A stretch of 64,000 nucleotides of DNA. Source: Squalus acanthias. Its lineage: Eukaryota. A program made the translations under genes and the position numbers. The notes under the pieces were generated by a model. It worked only from the letters and a program-made list of their open reading frames with translations. It did not search any database and was not told where the DNA came from. The stretch is from assembly GCA_030390025.1 (NCBI GenBank), contig JASTWF010000328.1, forward strand, positions 124,001 to 188,000, read 5' to 3'. This document shows, piece after piece, positions 45,460-58,820 of the stretch (positions within the stretch are counted from its first letter, which is position 1; the number at the start of each line of letters is the position of its first letter).

Positions 45460-45977
45460 AGCAGAGGCTGCGGACCTGAGCTGGACCCGAGCTGGGAGCG
45501 AGAGAGAGATAAAGAGCGCGGCAGAGGAGAGCAGGGGCTGCGGACCCGAGTTGGGAGCGAGAGAGAGATAAAGAGCGCGGCAGAGGAGAGCCGAGAGCAG
45601 AGGCTGCGGACCCGAGCAGGACCCGGGCTGGGAGCCGAGCTGGAGCAGGGGCTGCGGACCCGAGCTGGGAGCGTGGCAGAGGCTGCGGGGTTGAGCAGGA
45701 CCCGAGCTGGGAGCTGGAGCAGGGGCTGCGGACCCGAGCTGGAGCCGATACAACCGACCGGTGAGTGTAAAGAACTAAAAAGTAATTGATGTGTGATGTC
45801 ACCAGAAAGCAGGTAAGTGATTGGTTTGTGAGTATTTCTATATTTCTTGCTTTTTTCCAAACTTGGGCGTCTAAATTTAAGTGCCTTGGTGTAGATTAAA
45901 AGATACACGTGTTCCAAATTTTAAAACTAATGAATTAATTAATTGAGATGGGAGACCAGACAATGTGATGTTGTTGC

Positions 45978-46885
45978 ATGTGGGAGCTGGTGGACACCAT
46001 TGAGGTCCACGGTGACCACATCTGCAGGAAATGTTGGCGGCTCGAGGAACTTCGGCTCAGAGTTGATGAGCTGGAGTCCGAGCTTCGGACACAGCGACAC
46101 ATTAGGGAGGGGAAGCGTTACCTGGACACGAAGTTCCAGGAGGCAGTCACACCCACTAGAGTAATTACTTCCAATTTGGCCCATGGTCAGGGACAGGAGG
46201 GTGTGACTATAAGCGAGGCAGGTATTGGGATCCAGGAGGTAGTGATGGAGGAGCCTCTGCCCTTGGCCTTGTCCAACAGGTACGAGATTCTTGCTCCCTG
46301 TGTGGACGAAGGCAGGGACTGCAGGGAGGATGAGCAATCTGACCACAGCACCATGGTACAGGGAGCCATTCAAGTGGGGGGAGTAAAAAGAAATGTTGTA
46401 GTGATAGGGGACAGTATAGTTAGGGGGATAGCCGAGAGCATGAGTCCCGAAGGCTGTGTTGCCTGCCCGGTGCCAGGGTTAAGGACATCTCCTCTGGGCT
46501 GGGGAGGAACTTGGAGTGGGAGGGGGAAGATCCAGTTGTCGTGGCTCACGTAGGTACCAATGACATAGGTCGGAGAAAGAAAGAGGTTCTGCTGAGAGAG
46601 TATGAGCAGCTAGGGTCTAAATTAAAAAGCAGAACCACAAAGGTAATAATCTCTGGATTACTACCTGAGCCACGAGCGAATTTGCATAGGGTAAATAAGA
46701 TCAGAGAAATGAACGAGTGCCTCAAAGACTGGTGTGGGAGAAATGGGTTTCGATGTGTGGGGCACTGGCACCAGTACTGGGATAAAAGGGAGCTGTTCCG
46801 TTTGGACGGGCTTCACTTGAACCATGCTGGGGCTAGAGTCCTGGCAAATCGAATAACTAGGGCTGTCGAGAGGGCTTTAAACTAA
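45978..46885 (+). pseudogene. CR1 ORF1p (zinc/leucine-zipper plus SGNH/GDSL esterase), frameshifted
   Basis: HICRKC..LEELRLRVDELE; VVIGDSIVRG; HVGTNDI; DGLHLN. Confidence 0.88.
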
Positions 46886-47049
46886 ATAGTGGGGGGGAGG
46901 GTCCAGGTGAGCGGGAAAATAAAAAGTCAATGAGAAACGAGAAAACAATAGAGATGGGGGAAATAATAACCAGAGTGTGACAGGAAGGGACAGAATGTTT
47001 AAAAATAAGAGTGCAACAGAAAATGGGGCCAAAATGAGGAGAAAAAGCA

Positions 47050-49177
47050 AAGTTAAAAGCTCTGTATCTGAATGCACGCAGCATTCGTAACAAGATAGAT
47101 GAGTTGACAGCACAAATAGATACAAATGGGTATGATCTGATCGCCATTACAGAGACGTGGTTGCAAGGTGACGAGGGCTGGGAACTGAATATTCCAGGGT
47201 ATTTGAAAATTCGGACGGATAGAAAGAAAGGAAAGGGAGGTGGGGTGGCTTTGTTGGTAAAGGATGGGATCAGTGCAGTGGTGAGAAGTGATATTGGCTC
47301 AGAAGATCAAGATGTAGAATCGGTTTGGGTGGAGATAAAAAATAATAAAGGAAAAAAGTCTCTGGTGGGCGTAGTCTACAGGCCCCCGGACAGTAGCAAT
47401 ACTGTTGGACAGAGTATAAATCAACAAATAATGGAGGCCTGTAAAAAAGGTACGGTAATAATCATGGGTGATTTTAATCTCCATGGTAGCCTTGAGGAGG
47501 AGTTCATAGAGTGCATCCGGGATAGTTTCCTAGAACAGTATGTAATGGAACCAACCAGGGAGCAGGCTATCTTGGATCTGGTACTGTGTAATGAGACAGA
47601 ATTAATAAATGATCTCATAGTAGAGGATCCTCAAGGAAAGAGTGATCATAGCATGGTTGAATTTCAAATTCAGTTGGAGGGTGAGAAAGTTGTATCTCAA
47701 ACCAGTGTCCTGATCTTAAACAAGGGCAATTACAATGGCATGAGGGCAGAACTGGCTAAAGTGGTCTGGAAAAATAAATTAAAGGGTAAGACAGTTGAAA
47801 TGCAGTGGCGGACATTTAAGGAGATATTTCATAACTCTCAACAAAAATATATTCCAGTGAGAAAGAAAGATTTTAAGAGAAGGGAGCACCATCCGTGGCT
47901 AACCAGCAAAGGATGACAAAAAAATAATAAAAAGAGAGAAGATGAATTATGAGAGTAAACTAGCAAGAAATATTAAAACAGATAGTAAGAGCTTCTACAG
48001 GTATATAAAAAGGAAGAGGGTAGCTAAAGTAAACGTTGGTCCCTTAGAGGATGAGACTGGGGAATTAATAATGGGGAATGGGGAAATGGCAGAGACTCTG
48101 AACAAAGGTGAGCCAATGGATGAGGTGTATTTGGATTTCCAGAAGGCATTCGATAAGGTGCCACATAAAAGGTTACTGCATAAGATAAGAGCTCACGGAG
48201 TTGGGGGTAATATATTAGCATGGATAGAGAATAGGCTAACTAACAAACAGAGAGTCGGGATAAATGGGTCATTTTCCGGTTGGCAAACGGTAACTAGTGG
48301 GGTGCCACAGGGATCGGTGCTGGGGCCTCAACTATTTACAATCTACATTAATGACTTGGATGAAGGGACCGAGTGTAATGTAGCCAAGTTTGCGGATGAT
48401 ACAAAGATGGGTGAGAAAGCAAGTTGTGCAGAGGACTCAAAGAATATGCAAAAGGATATAGACAGGCTAAGTGAGTGGGTAAATATTTGGCAGATGTATA
48501 ATGTGGGAAAGTGTGAGGTTATCCACTTTGGCAGGAAAAATAAAAAAGCAAATTATTATTTAAATGGAGAGAGATTACAAAATGCTACAGTTCAGAGGGA
48601 CCTGGGGGTCCTTGTGCATGAAACACAAAAAGTTAGCATGCAGGTACAGCAAGTAATCAAAAAGGCAAATGAAATGTTGGCCTTTATTTCAAGGGGGTTG
48701 GAGTATAAAAGCAGGGAAGTCCTGCTACAACTGTACAGGGTATTGGTGAGACCATACCTTGAGTGCTGCGTACAGTTTTGGTCTCCTTATTTAAGGAAGG
48801 ATATACTTGCATTGGAGGCAGTTCAGAGACGATTCACGAGGTTAATTCCAGAGATGAGGGGGTTGACTTATGAGGAAAGGTTGAGCAGGCTGGGCCTATA
48901 CTCATTGGAATTTAGAAGAATGAGAGGTGATCTTATTGAAACATATAAGATACTGAGGGGACTCGACAAGGTAGATGCACAGAGGATGTTTCCCCTCGTG
49001 GGGAAATCTAGAACGCGGGGGCACAGTCTCAGAATAAAGGGTCGCCCTTTTAGAACTGAGGTGAGGAGGAATTTCTTCTCTCAGAGGGTCGTAAATCTGT
49101 GGAATTCTCTGCCCCAGAGAGCTGTGGAGGCTGGGTCATTAAATACATTTAAGGTGGAGTTAGAGAGATTTTTGTAA
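47050..49177 (+). pseudogene. CR1 ORF2p (APE endonuclease plus RT), disrupted
   Basis: LYLNARS, AITETWL, MGDFN, SDH; DFQKAFDKVPH, QGSVLGP, FADD. Confidence 0.9.
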
Positions 49178-49704
49178 GATAAGGGAGTGAAGGGTTATGG
49201 GGAGAGGGCGGGGAAGTGGCTTTGAGCCCAAGATCAGCCATGGTCTTATTGAATGGCGGAGCAGGCTCGAGGGGCCGAGTGGCCTATTCCTGCTCCTATT
49301 TCTTATGTTCTTATGACTGCAGGGGTTGGATTCTGCTGTTATTGCTGCTGTTAATCACATCCAGGACTGAACCATGTTCATTCTGACAGTTGGGGTTTGT
49401 TTCTTATGTAAATAACTCCTATAACTGGGCTGGCGATTAATATTCTGAACAAATGTCAATAAATCAGCTTTGTTTCAAACACTCAGTGGATCGAGTGCTT
49501 GATGTCTCTGAGATAAGAGGAGACCGATTGATGTCCTGTTACCGACTGCTCCATTCTTGGGCCTTTTCTCCTTTCTAACTCGAGATTATCTCAGTTCTAA
49601 CACCTTCGGTTATTCTCAAGTCCCAGCTCCCCACACCTTCCAGAGAGCCTGTAATAGAAAATGACTGAAGATTTATCCCAGTGTAACTATTGCTGTTATC
49701 CAAG

Positions 49705-49885
49705 GAAAAAGGCTTGTATTTCTATCGCACCTTTCACAACCTCAGGACGTCCCAAAGTGCTTTACAGACAAGGAAGTACTTTTGAAGTGTAGTCACTGTT
49801 CTAATGTAGGAAAACCAGCAGCCAATTTGCACACAGCAAGCTCCCACAAACAGCAATGTGACATTGACCAGATAATCTATTTTTC
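49705..49885 (-). mobile_element. Deu-domain SINE 3' fragment
   Basis: Homologous to 8670-8860. Confidence 0.75.
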
Positions 49886-50319
49886 AATGACGTTGATTGA
49901 GGATGGCAGGGGATGTGTAAAGAGATGGTCTGTGTCTGCAGATGTGAAAGAAGGAAACGGTGTGTGTGTGTGATAGTGACACAGCCTTGTGGTCCCAGTC
50001 AGAACAATGCACAGATATCCTTGTGGTTATGGTTTGGGCAGGGCCAGGTCAATAATGTAGTAAACAAGTTAAATATAAATATCGCCAGTGTCGTCGCAGC
50101 TTGTTAGAACAGACCTGGGGAGAAGAGAGCTCTGAATCCACTGTATTATCTCTGTTCCCCAGATCGGGTAACTATACTCTGTCTGTATCTTTGCAGTGCT
50201 GTTAATAAAGTCAGTAAAAGACAATCTGTTGATTATCTGGTGTCTGAAACCACAAGACTCCAATTCAGAGTCAACAAGATGAACAAGTGAAGACATCACG
50301 GCCCAATCCTCCAGCTCTG

Positions 50320-50740
50320 GTGTCACTGTGGCTCAGTGGGCAGCTCCCTCGTCTCTGAGTCAGAATGTTGTGGGTTCAAGTCCCACTCCAGAGGCTTGAG
50401 CAGAAAAAGGGAGTGCTGCACTGTCAGAGGTGCCGTCTTTCGAATGAGATGTTAAACCGAGGCCCAGTCTGCTCTCGCAGGTGGATGTAAAAGATCCTAT
50501 CGCACTATTTTGAAGAAGAGTAGGGGAGTTCTCCCTGGTGTCCTGGTCAATATTTATCCCTCAACCAACATCACAAAAACAAATTATCTGGTCATTATCA
50601 CATTGCTGTTTGTGGGAGCTTGCTGTGCGCAACGTTTCCCACATTACAACAGTGACTACACTCCAAAAAGTACTTCATTGGCTGTAAAGCGCTTTGGGAA
50701 GTCCGGTAGTCGTGAAAGGCGCGATATAAATGCAAGGTTT
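50320..50740 (+). mobile_element. tRNA-derived Deu-domain SINE
   Basis: TGGCTCAGTGGG / GGTTCAAGTCC; GCACTGTCAGAGGTGCCGTCTTTC; ends ATATAAATGCAAG. Confidence 0.85.
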
Positions 50741-50754
50741 TTTTTTTCTTTTTA

Positions 50755-51180
50755 ATAGTTTCTTTGGTCAATATTGCCACCTCCTTTTTTCCTTCCCTAT
50801 CTTTCCTGAATACCTTGTAGCCAGGAATATCGAGTTCCCAATCCTCCCCTTGTTTGAGCCAGCTCTCTGTTATTGCCACTGTATCATAGTCCCATGTGGC
50901 TACTTGTGCCTGCATTTCACCAATGTTATGTACCACGCTCCGTGCATTTACACACATGCACTCCAACTCCATCTTAGAATGCCTCAAACCTGGCCCCTGT
51001 CTGATCCCTCCTATGTCTGAACGGTTCTTTACTCTGCTGCTATTTGTCTCTCCCAGTCTTCTGTGCACCTTGTTCCGAGCAAGGATCCCTGCAGGAAACC
51101 ACTGCTCACTTTCTGCCGCTCCAAGAAACTTCCCGTAACTCCTACCCACTGATTTATTTGTAGCAGAATTTCCATCCATT
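50755..51180 (-). mobile_element. CR1 endonuclease N-terminal fragment, head-to-head with the next element
   Basis: CMCVNARSV...VAITESWL...PGYKVFRKDR. Confidence 0.8.
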
Positions 51181-51189
51181 CTTGTGAGT

Positions 51190-54127
51190 GAGTGTGTTGT
51201 GTAGTACTAGAGAAGAAAGTAGTATCATATTAGATAGGAGCAGACTAAGAAAGACTACGAAAAATTCAAAAATGGGTTTAGAATGCATGTACGTAAACGC
51301 ACAAAGTGTGGTGAATAAGGTTGGTGAGCTACAAGCACAATTAGCCATGTGGCAATATGATGTTGTGGCAATAACAGAAACATGGCTTAAAAACGGAGGA
51401 CTGGGCGCTTAATATTCAAGGGTACAAGGTGTTCAGAAAAGATAGGGAAGGAAGAAAGGGAGGTGGGGTGGCAGTGCTGATTAAGGAAGACATTGTAGTG
51501 TTGGAAGGGGAGGATGTTCTTGAGGGGACAAGGACAGAATCCATTTGGTTAGAGTTGAGGAGCAAAAAGGGTATGATCACGCTATTGGGGGTATTCTATA
51601 GGCCTCCAAATAGTGAGAGGGAGGTAGAGGAGCAAATCTACAGGGAAATCGCAGAGATATGCAAGAGCTATACAGTGGCGATATTGGGGGACTTTAATTA
51701 CCCAAATATCGATTGGAATAATGCTAGGGTAAAGGGAAAGGATGGGGAGGAATTTCTGAAATGTGTTCAGGAGAATTTCCTTGACCAATATGTTCTTGGC
51801 CCAACTAGGAAGGAGGCATTGCTGGATCTGGTGCTGGGGAATGAGGTGGGCCAGGTCGACCGAGTGTCTGTGGGAGAACACTTGGGTACGAGTGATCATC
51901 GTATCAAAAGATTTAGATTAGCAATGGAGAGGAGCAAGGAACAATCTAGAGTGGAACTTCTAAACTGGAATAGGGGTAACTTCAATGGGATGCGAAAGGA
52001 TCTAGCCAGGGTAAAATGGAACCAAAGACTGACAGGAAAAACTGTAATGGAACAATGGGTGATCTTTAAGGAGGAGATGTACCAAGTACAGGCTAGATAC
52101 ATTCCAATAAGAGGGAAGGGTAAGGGAACCAAAGCAAGGGCTCCTTGGATGACGAGGGAGATAGAGAAGGTGATGAAACAAACAAAGAGGGTGTATGATG
52201 CATGTCAGGTGAATTCTTCAAGGGAGAACCAGACCAAATACAATAAGTTGAGAGGGGAAGTGAAGATGAAAATCAGATTGGCAAAGAGAGAATGAGAGTG
52301 GAATGGCGGTTAATATAAAAGGGAACCCAAAAATCTTCTACCGGCATGTAAGCAGTAAGCAGGTAGTAAGAGGCGGGGTAGTGCCTATTAGAGACAAAGA
52401 AGGTGATATATGCTTAGAGGCACAGGGCAAGGCTAGAATACTCAATGAGTACTTTGTATCGGTGTTTACTAAGGAGGTGGATGCTGACAAAATATCAGTA
52501 GCAGTGGAAAAGGTAGAAACAATGGAAGGGGTGAAAATTGATGGACAGGATGTACTAGAAAGGCTGGGTATGCTTACAGTGGACAAGTCGCTTGCATCCC
52601 AGGTTGCTAAGGGAATTGGGGGAGGAGATAGCGGAAGGGCTTGCCATAATTTTCCAATCTTCCCTAGATGCGGGGGAGGTGCCTGAGGATTGGAAAGTTT
52701 CAAATGTGACACCATTGTTCAAGAAAGGGTGTAAGGACAATCCTAGTAACTACAGGCCGGTCAGTTTAACATTAGTGGTGGGTAAAGTTTTGGAAACAAT
52801 AATCAAGGAAAAAATTAATGGGCATTTGGAGAGATTTAAGCTAATTAAGGAAAGCCAACACGGGTTTGTAAAGGATGATTGTGTTTGACTAATCTAATTG
52901 AATTTTTTGATGAAGTAACAGAGTGGATTGATGAAGGGAATGTAATGGATGTTGTCTGCATGGATTTTCGGAAGGCGTTTGACAAAGTACCACATAGAAG
53001 GCTGGTTAACAAAATTGAGGTTCATGGAATAGGTGGGTCAGTGGCAGCTTGGATAAGGAATTGGCTTAAGGACAAAAAACAGCGAGTTGTGGTGAATGGC
53101 TGTTTTTCAGCCTGGAGGATGGTAGACAGTGGTGTTCCCCAAGGGTCAGTGCTGGGGCCACTGCTTTTTTTGATATATATAAATGACCTGGATATTGGAA
53201 TACAGAGTAGAATTTCTAAATTTGCCGATGACACCAAACTTGGGGGTGTGGCAAACAGTGATGATGAAATCAATCGACTGCAACAGGACATAGAAAGGCT
53301 AGCAGAATGGGCAGACAAGTGGCAGATAGAATTTAATACAGAGAAGTGTGAGGTGATGCATTTTGGCAGAAGGAACAGGGAGAGGCAATATACACTTAAT
53401 GGCACAGTTTTAAAGAGTGTGCAGGGACAGAGGGACCTGGAGTTAATGTGCATAGGTCCCTGAAGGTGGCAGGACATATTGAGAGAGTGGTTAACAAAGC
53501 ATATGGGATCTTGGGCTTCATAAATAGAGGTATTGAGTACAAAAGTAGAGAAGTTATGCTGAACCTTTATAAAGCGCTGGTTAGGCCACAACTGGAGTAT
53601 TGCGTCCAGTTCTGGTCACCACACTTTCGGAAGGATGTGAAGGCCCTTGAGAGGGTGCAGAGGAGATTTACCAGAATGGTTCTGGGGATGGGGGATCTTA
53701 GTTACAAGGACAGGTTGGAGAAGCTGGATTTGTTTTCATTAGAGCAAAGGAGGTTGAGGGGTGATTTGATAGAGGTGTACAAGATTATGACGTGTTTGGA
53801 TAGGCTAGACGGGGAAAGGCTGTTCCCACTAGTTGATGGTACAAGGACTAGGGGACACAGATTTAAGGTTTTGGGCAAGAGATACAGGGGGTATGTGAGG
53901 AAAAACTTTTTACGCAGCGAGTGGTGAGGACCTGGAACTCGCTGTCAACAGAAGTGGTGGAAACGGAGACACTTAATGTTTTCAAGGGGAGACTGGATAG
54001 GCACTTGAGGGAAATAAACTTGCAGGGCTACAGGGATAGAACGGGGGAATGGGACTGACTGGATTGCTCTACAGAGAGCCGGCACGGACTCGATGGGCTG
54101 AATGGCCTCCTCTGTGCCGTCATGACT
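51190..54127 (+). mobile_element. CR1 LINE, near-complete ORF2 (EN plus RT) with frameshifts
   Basis: YVNAQS, AITETWL, LGDFNYP, SDH, NYRPVSLT, DFRKAFDKVPH, FADD, 3' end. Confidence 0.93.
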
Positions 54128-54131
54128 GTAT

Positions 54132-54970
54132 AAAGGTGCTGACTCTGGATGGGTTCAGTTCTACACTCACTGGTTCCTCTCCCTCTCCTCCCCTGAAGGT
54201 GCTGACTCTGGCTGGGTTCAGTTCTACACTCACTGGTTCCCCTCCCTCTCCTCCCCTGAAGGTGCTGACTCTGGCTGGGTTCAGTTCACTCACTGGTTCC
54301 CCTCCCTCTCCTCCCCTGAAGGTGCTGACTCTGGCTGGGTTCAGTTCACTCACTGGTTCCCCTCCCTCTCCTCCCCTGAAGGTGCTGACTCTGGCTGGGT
54401 TCAGTTCTACACTCACTGGTTCCCCTCCCTCTCCTCTACTGAAGGTGCTGACTCTGGCTGGGTTCAGTTCTACACTCACTGATTCCCCTCCCTCTCCTCC
54501 CCTGAAGGTGCTGACTCTGGCTGGGTTCAGTTCTACACTCACTGGTTCCCCTCCCTCTCCTCCCCTGAAGGTGCGGACTCTGGCTGGGTTCAGTTCACTC
54601 ACTGGTTCCCCTCCCTCTCCTCCCCTGAAGGTGCTGACTCTGGCTGGGTTCAGTTCTACACTCACTGGTTCCCCTCCCTCTCCTCCCCTGAAGGTGCTGA
54701 CTCTGGCTGGGTTCAGTTCACTCACTGGTTCCCCTCCCTCTCCTCCCCTGAAGGTGCTGACTCTGGCTGGGTTCAGTTCACTCACTGGTTCCCCTCCCTC
54801 TCCTCTCCTGAAGGTGCTGACTCTGGCTGGGTTCAGTTCACTCACTGGTTCCCCTCCCTCTCCTCCCCTGAAGGTGCTGACTCTGGCTGGGTTCAGTTCT
54901 ACACTCACTGGCTCCCCTCCCTCTCCTCCCCTGAAGATGCTGACTCTGGCTGGGTTCAGTTCACTCACTG
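54132..54970 (-). repeat. 63/60-bp minisatellite, about 13 copies, same family as 23075-23860
   Basis: Mix of 63-bp units and 60-bp units with a 3-nt deletion. Confidence 0.95.
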
Positions 54971-55009
54971 GGATCCTGAAGCCCCGCCCACTCGTGGTTC
55001 CTTTTTTCC

Positions 55010-55100
55010 AGTTCTGACGAAAGGTCATCGACCTGGAACGTTAACTCTGTTTCTCTCTTCACAGATGCTGCCTGACCTGCTGAGTATCTCCAGCATTTTG
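55010..55100 (+). mobile_element. Penelope-like pLTR fragment with a mutated hammerhead (55010-55046)
   Basis: AGTT-CTGACGA-AAGGTCATCGACCT-GGAA-CGTT-AACT (GAAA>GGAA). Confidence 0.75.
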
Positions 55101-55109
55101 TTTATATTC

Positions 55110-55480
55110 CTTTACAAAGATGGCCACGCATGCGCAGTATCACGCAAGATGGCGATGCACAAACCTTCAGCTGTCCTTTACAAAGATGGCGGCCGTTAAC
55201 CTGGGCCTTTTCCTGGGAAAAAGCCTCCGAGCTGGAAACGCGGAACCTGTAGGTTCTCATTTAGGGCTTGCGGCCTACACCAGATGCTTATGAAATCCAC
55301 CCGCCGGGTTCTTTACCTTCCTGCGCCCCGCTGATTCGTAATCGGCGTAAATCGCGCTGCAGTTTTTCTTCTGTTGTCGCCCTCGCCGGCCCGGATCACA
55401 ATGACACTGCGCATGCTCCAAATACAGGCGGGCGCTGCGCCTGCGCACTGGGCTCCTCCTGTGTGAATAGGGCACATTCC
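55110..55480 (-). promoter_or_regulatory. ZNF-family CpG-island promoter with no visible downstream ZNF exon
   Basis: AAGATGGC three times, CGCATGCGCA, TGCGCCTGCGCA; homologous to 30940-31250. Confidence 0.6.
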
Positions 55481-55554
55481 ACAGACAGAGCAGTGAATGG
55501 ATTCTCCCCCTTACCAATATGGTAGGGTGGGAATCGATGAGATGAGTGAGTGAC

Positions 55555-55895
55555 TCTCTATCCACACTCAGCTGGTGAACAGCCTCTCCCCGGTGTGACT
55601 GTATCCATGAGTTTGCACCTCAGACGGGCAACTGAACCCGTTCCCACATTCCCCACATTTACACTGTTGATTCAGGTGGGTGCACGAGTCTCACAGACAA
55701 GACGATTTGTTAAAAGTGGATCCAGGCACAGAACACGTGTCCTGTTTCTCCCCGCTGTGATTGGTGCTTTTTCCTCCTATAGCCAAAGACCGATGATATT
55801 CAGGTCCTGATAAACCGGGTGAATCTGTCAGATCTTGACGCAATGTTTGGAGTGTGTTTCCAACTGCAGATCCTCCCCTTCTAATACCCTCAACT
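55555..55895 (-). pseudogene. Heavily degenerate class II ZNF exon (locus J)
   Basis: GGTATTAGAAGGGGAGGATCTGCAG leader, [22 protein letters not shown]...HTGER. Confidence 0.72.
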
Positions 55896-56109
55896 GGTGT
55901 TTACAACAGGTTAGAACTTCAGAACAGACAAATCTAGTTTCTTTACAACATCCTTTTCCCTCATGTCCCTCCTAAGCTGTAAATTCCCCATTCTACACAC
56001 TCTCCCTCCATCCTTACTGTCTAAAAACAACATTCATTACATCATCTGGGATTTTGTGTCTCCCCTTCTCTCCAGAAGGAACTGAATCTGGCTGGGTGCA
56101 TTTGGTTAA

Positions 56110-56860
56110 CCTCTACATTTTGGTAGGAAGAACGAGGAGAGGCAATATATACTAAAGGGTACAATTCTATAGGGGGTGCCTGAACAGAGAGACCTGGGGG
56201 TATATGTGCACAAATCGTTGAAGGTGGCAGGGCAGGTTGAGAAAGCGGTTAAAAAAGCATACGGGACCCTGGGCTTCATAAATAGAGGCATAGAGTACAA
56301 AAGCAAGGAAGTTATGATGAAATTTTATAAAACACTGGTCCGACCTCTCTGGAGTTTAGAAGAATGAGAGGTGATCTCATTGAAACATACAAGATTCTGA
56401 AGGGGATTGACAGGGTAGATGCTGAGAGGTTATTTCCCCTGGCTGGAGTGTCCATAACTAGGGGGCATAGTCTCAGGATAGGGGTAGGTAATTTAAGACC
56501 GAGAGGAGGAGGAATTTCTTCATTCAGAGGGTTGTGAATCTTTGGAATTCTCTGCCCCAGAGGGCTGTGAATGCTGAGTCTTTGAGTATATTCAAGGCTG
56601 AGATAGATAGATTTTTGGACCCTAGGGAAATCAATTGCTTGTTGTACCAGCATGCTAACTCTCTGTGATTTGTGTTCGAGGAAACCCAAATCACTCTGAA
56701 CAACAACATTTCATAATTTCTCACCATTTAAAAAATATTCTGTTTTTCTATTCTTCCTACCAAAGTGAATAATTTCACATTTCACCACATTATACTCCAT
56801 CTGCCACCTTCTTGCCCACTCACTTAACCTGTCTATATCCCTTTGCAGACTCTTTGTGTC
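56110..56860. mobile_element. Mosaic of CR1 fragments (+ strand then - strand)
   Basis: QRDLGVYVHKSLKVAGQV, RMRGDLIE; antisense RT piece at 56635-56860. Confidence 0.8.
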
Positions 56861-57675
56861 CTGCTGTTGGGTGGCTGCTCATTATCCTCGGTGTGATTTA
56901 ATCCCCTTTCCCACTGAATACTGCGGACAGACAGGCTCACCTTGGGAACAGAATGGTCAGTGTGACATCACTTTCTAAACAAGAGCCCACAAGACAATGG
57001 GTTCTCAATAAATGTTAAAGGGATTCAACGCTCTGAAGTTACACTGTGAATAAAGGAAATAAAATGCTGATCAATAATGGCTGAAGATAATGATTTCTCT
57101 CTGTGGAATGTGCTTGCACACATTAAGAATGATGAGCTTTGTACACACACACACAGCAAACACTTTGTGAGGCTCTTTTCAGTTGTTGCTCTGAACCCGC
57201 TGAGCGCTGGTGCACCCGGTGGGCATTAGGACCCTGCGGCCGCCCATCCGGCAGTGCTGTGAGGTCACGGTTCCAGGCTCTGTCTCACCCAATCAGTGGG
57301 TCCCGCCAAAGCTCAATAGAAAATACTGCAGCAAAAACAATCCTGAACATTCACAAACTGGGAGCAATCGGCACAGCACAACACAAGTGTGAATTAGTAA
57401 ACTTTAACACACAGAGTCTGTCACTAATTAGTACAAAGTACAGGGCACTATTGCTCACCTTCAGTCCTGTCCCTCAATCCCAGCTCATCTCTGGGGGATT
57501 GTTACAAGGTTCACCCCGTCCTTTCAACACAAATATTACCCACATAATCCCACATCAATTAGACATTGCACACAGCTTCTGACAGTTATTAACAAGACTA
57601 GACCGATGCTTCAAACCAATAAATAAATAAATAAATCATCCCATCCCATCTCATCCCGCTGGATAAAACCTCAGA

Positions 57676-58005
57676 CGGTTCCTCAGTAAGGATTGCACTG
57701 GTTCCTCACCGTATATGTGTCAGGATACTGAAACCCAGCTTTCTCACAGTCCACTCCTGGAGGCCCCACTCCCTGAGCCTACAACCTTCAGCAGGGTCAG
57801 TGGTGGAGTTCCACAGCGGGAGTGATCCCAGAGTAACTGTTGGGATCGCACCCCGTGGATGTTCTGGGTCGTGTATTTTTAGTTATCCTGGTGTCTAACA
57901 TGCACACATCAATAAAACAGGGAATTCCTGGAAACACGCTGCAGGTCCTTCTTTATCTGGAGATCAAATGTCTGTTGTATAATTGTACCAGTAGTTAACA
58001 GGCTC
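57676..58005 (+). repeat. Direct duplicate of 3696-4026
   Basis: Near-identical block of about 330 bp. Confidence 0.9.
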
Positions 58006-58199
58006 AATCTCAGACATCGGCGATGAATCCCACACACACACACGGTGGGTAACTGACTACATCATCCAGTCCTCAATAAGAGGGAAGAAACTTTCATCTC
58101 TTCTGTCTGGGCTGAAATGTGATCCAGGACAGAGAGATGTTTAGAGTGTGTCTCCAACCATTGTGTTTCCAAGAATTACATCCAATAGTGATCCGCTTC

Positions 58200-58820
58200 C
58201 GCCGAATGGCCTACTCCTGCTCCTATCTTTTATGTTTCATGGCTGATCATCCAAATTCAGAACCCTGTCCCTGCTTTCTCCCCATATCCCTTGATCCCTT
58301 TAGCCTTAAGAAATATATCTAACTCCTTCTTGAATATATTTAATGAATTGACCTCAACTGCCTTCTGTGGTAGAGAATTCCACAGGTTCACCACTCTCTG
58401 GGTGAAGAAATTCCTCCCCATCTCAGTCCTAAATGGCTTACCCCTTATCCTTAGACTGTGACCCCTGGTTCTGGACTCCCCCGCCATCGGGAACATCCTT
58501 CCTGCATCTAGTCTGTCTAGTCCTGTTAGAATTTTATAAGTTTCAATGAGATCCCCTCTCATTCTTCTAAACTCTAGCGAATACAAGCCTAATCGACCCA
58601 ATCTCTCCTCATACGTCATTCCTGCCATCCCAGGTATCAGTCTGGTGAATCTTCGCTGCACTCCCTCCATGGCAAGAACATCCTTCCTCAGATAAGGCGA
58701 CCAAAACTGCACACAATACTCAAGGTGTGGTCTCAACAAGGCCCTGTGCAACTGCAGCAAGACATCCTTGTTCCTGTACTCGAATCCTCTCGCTATGAAG
58801 GCCAATGTACCATTTGCCTT
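58200..58820 (-). mobile_element. CR1 3' fragment
   Basis: KANGTLAFIARG...RPHLEYCVQFWSP...FFTQRVVNLWNSLP. Confidence 0.9.

Larger units (their letters stand above)
45460..49315 (+). mobile_element. Near-full-length CR1 LINE (repetitive 5' UTR, esterase ORF1, EN-RT ORF2 with internal deletions)
   Basis: 5' CGGACCCGAGCTGG repeats, ORF1 and ORF2 motifs, (TCTTATGT)n tail. Confidence 0.93.

Noticed and set aside
54049..55028. Long ORFs (322 and 302 aa) over the minisatellites, and similar ones at 5104-6280, 22457-23918 and 63352-63929
   Set aside because: Artefacts of stop-free repeat units; open on both strands, with no domain signature
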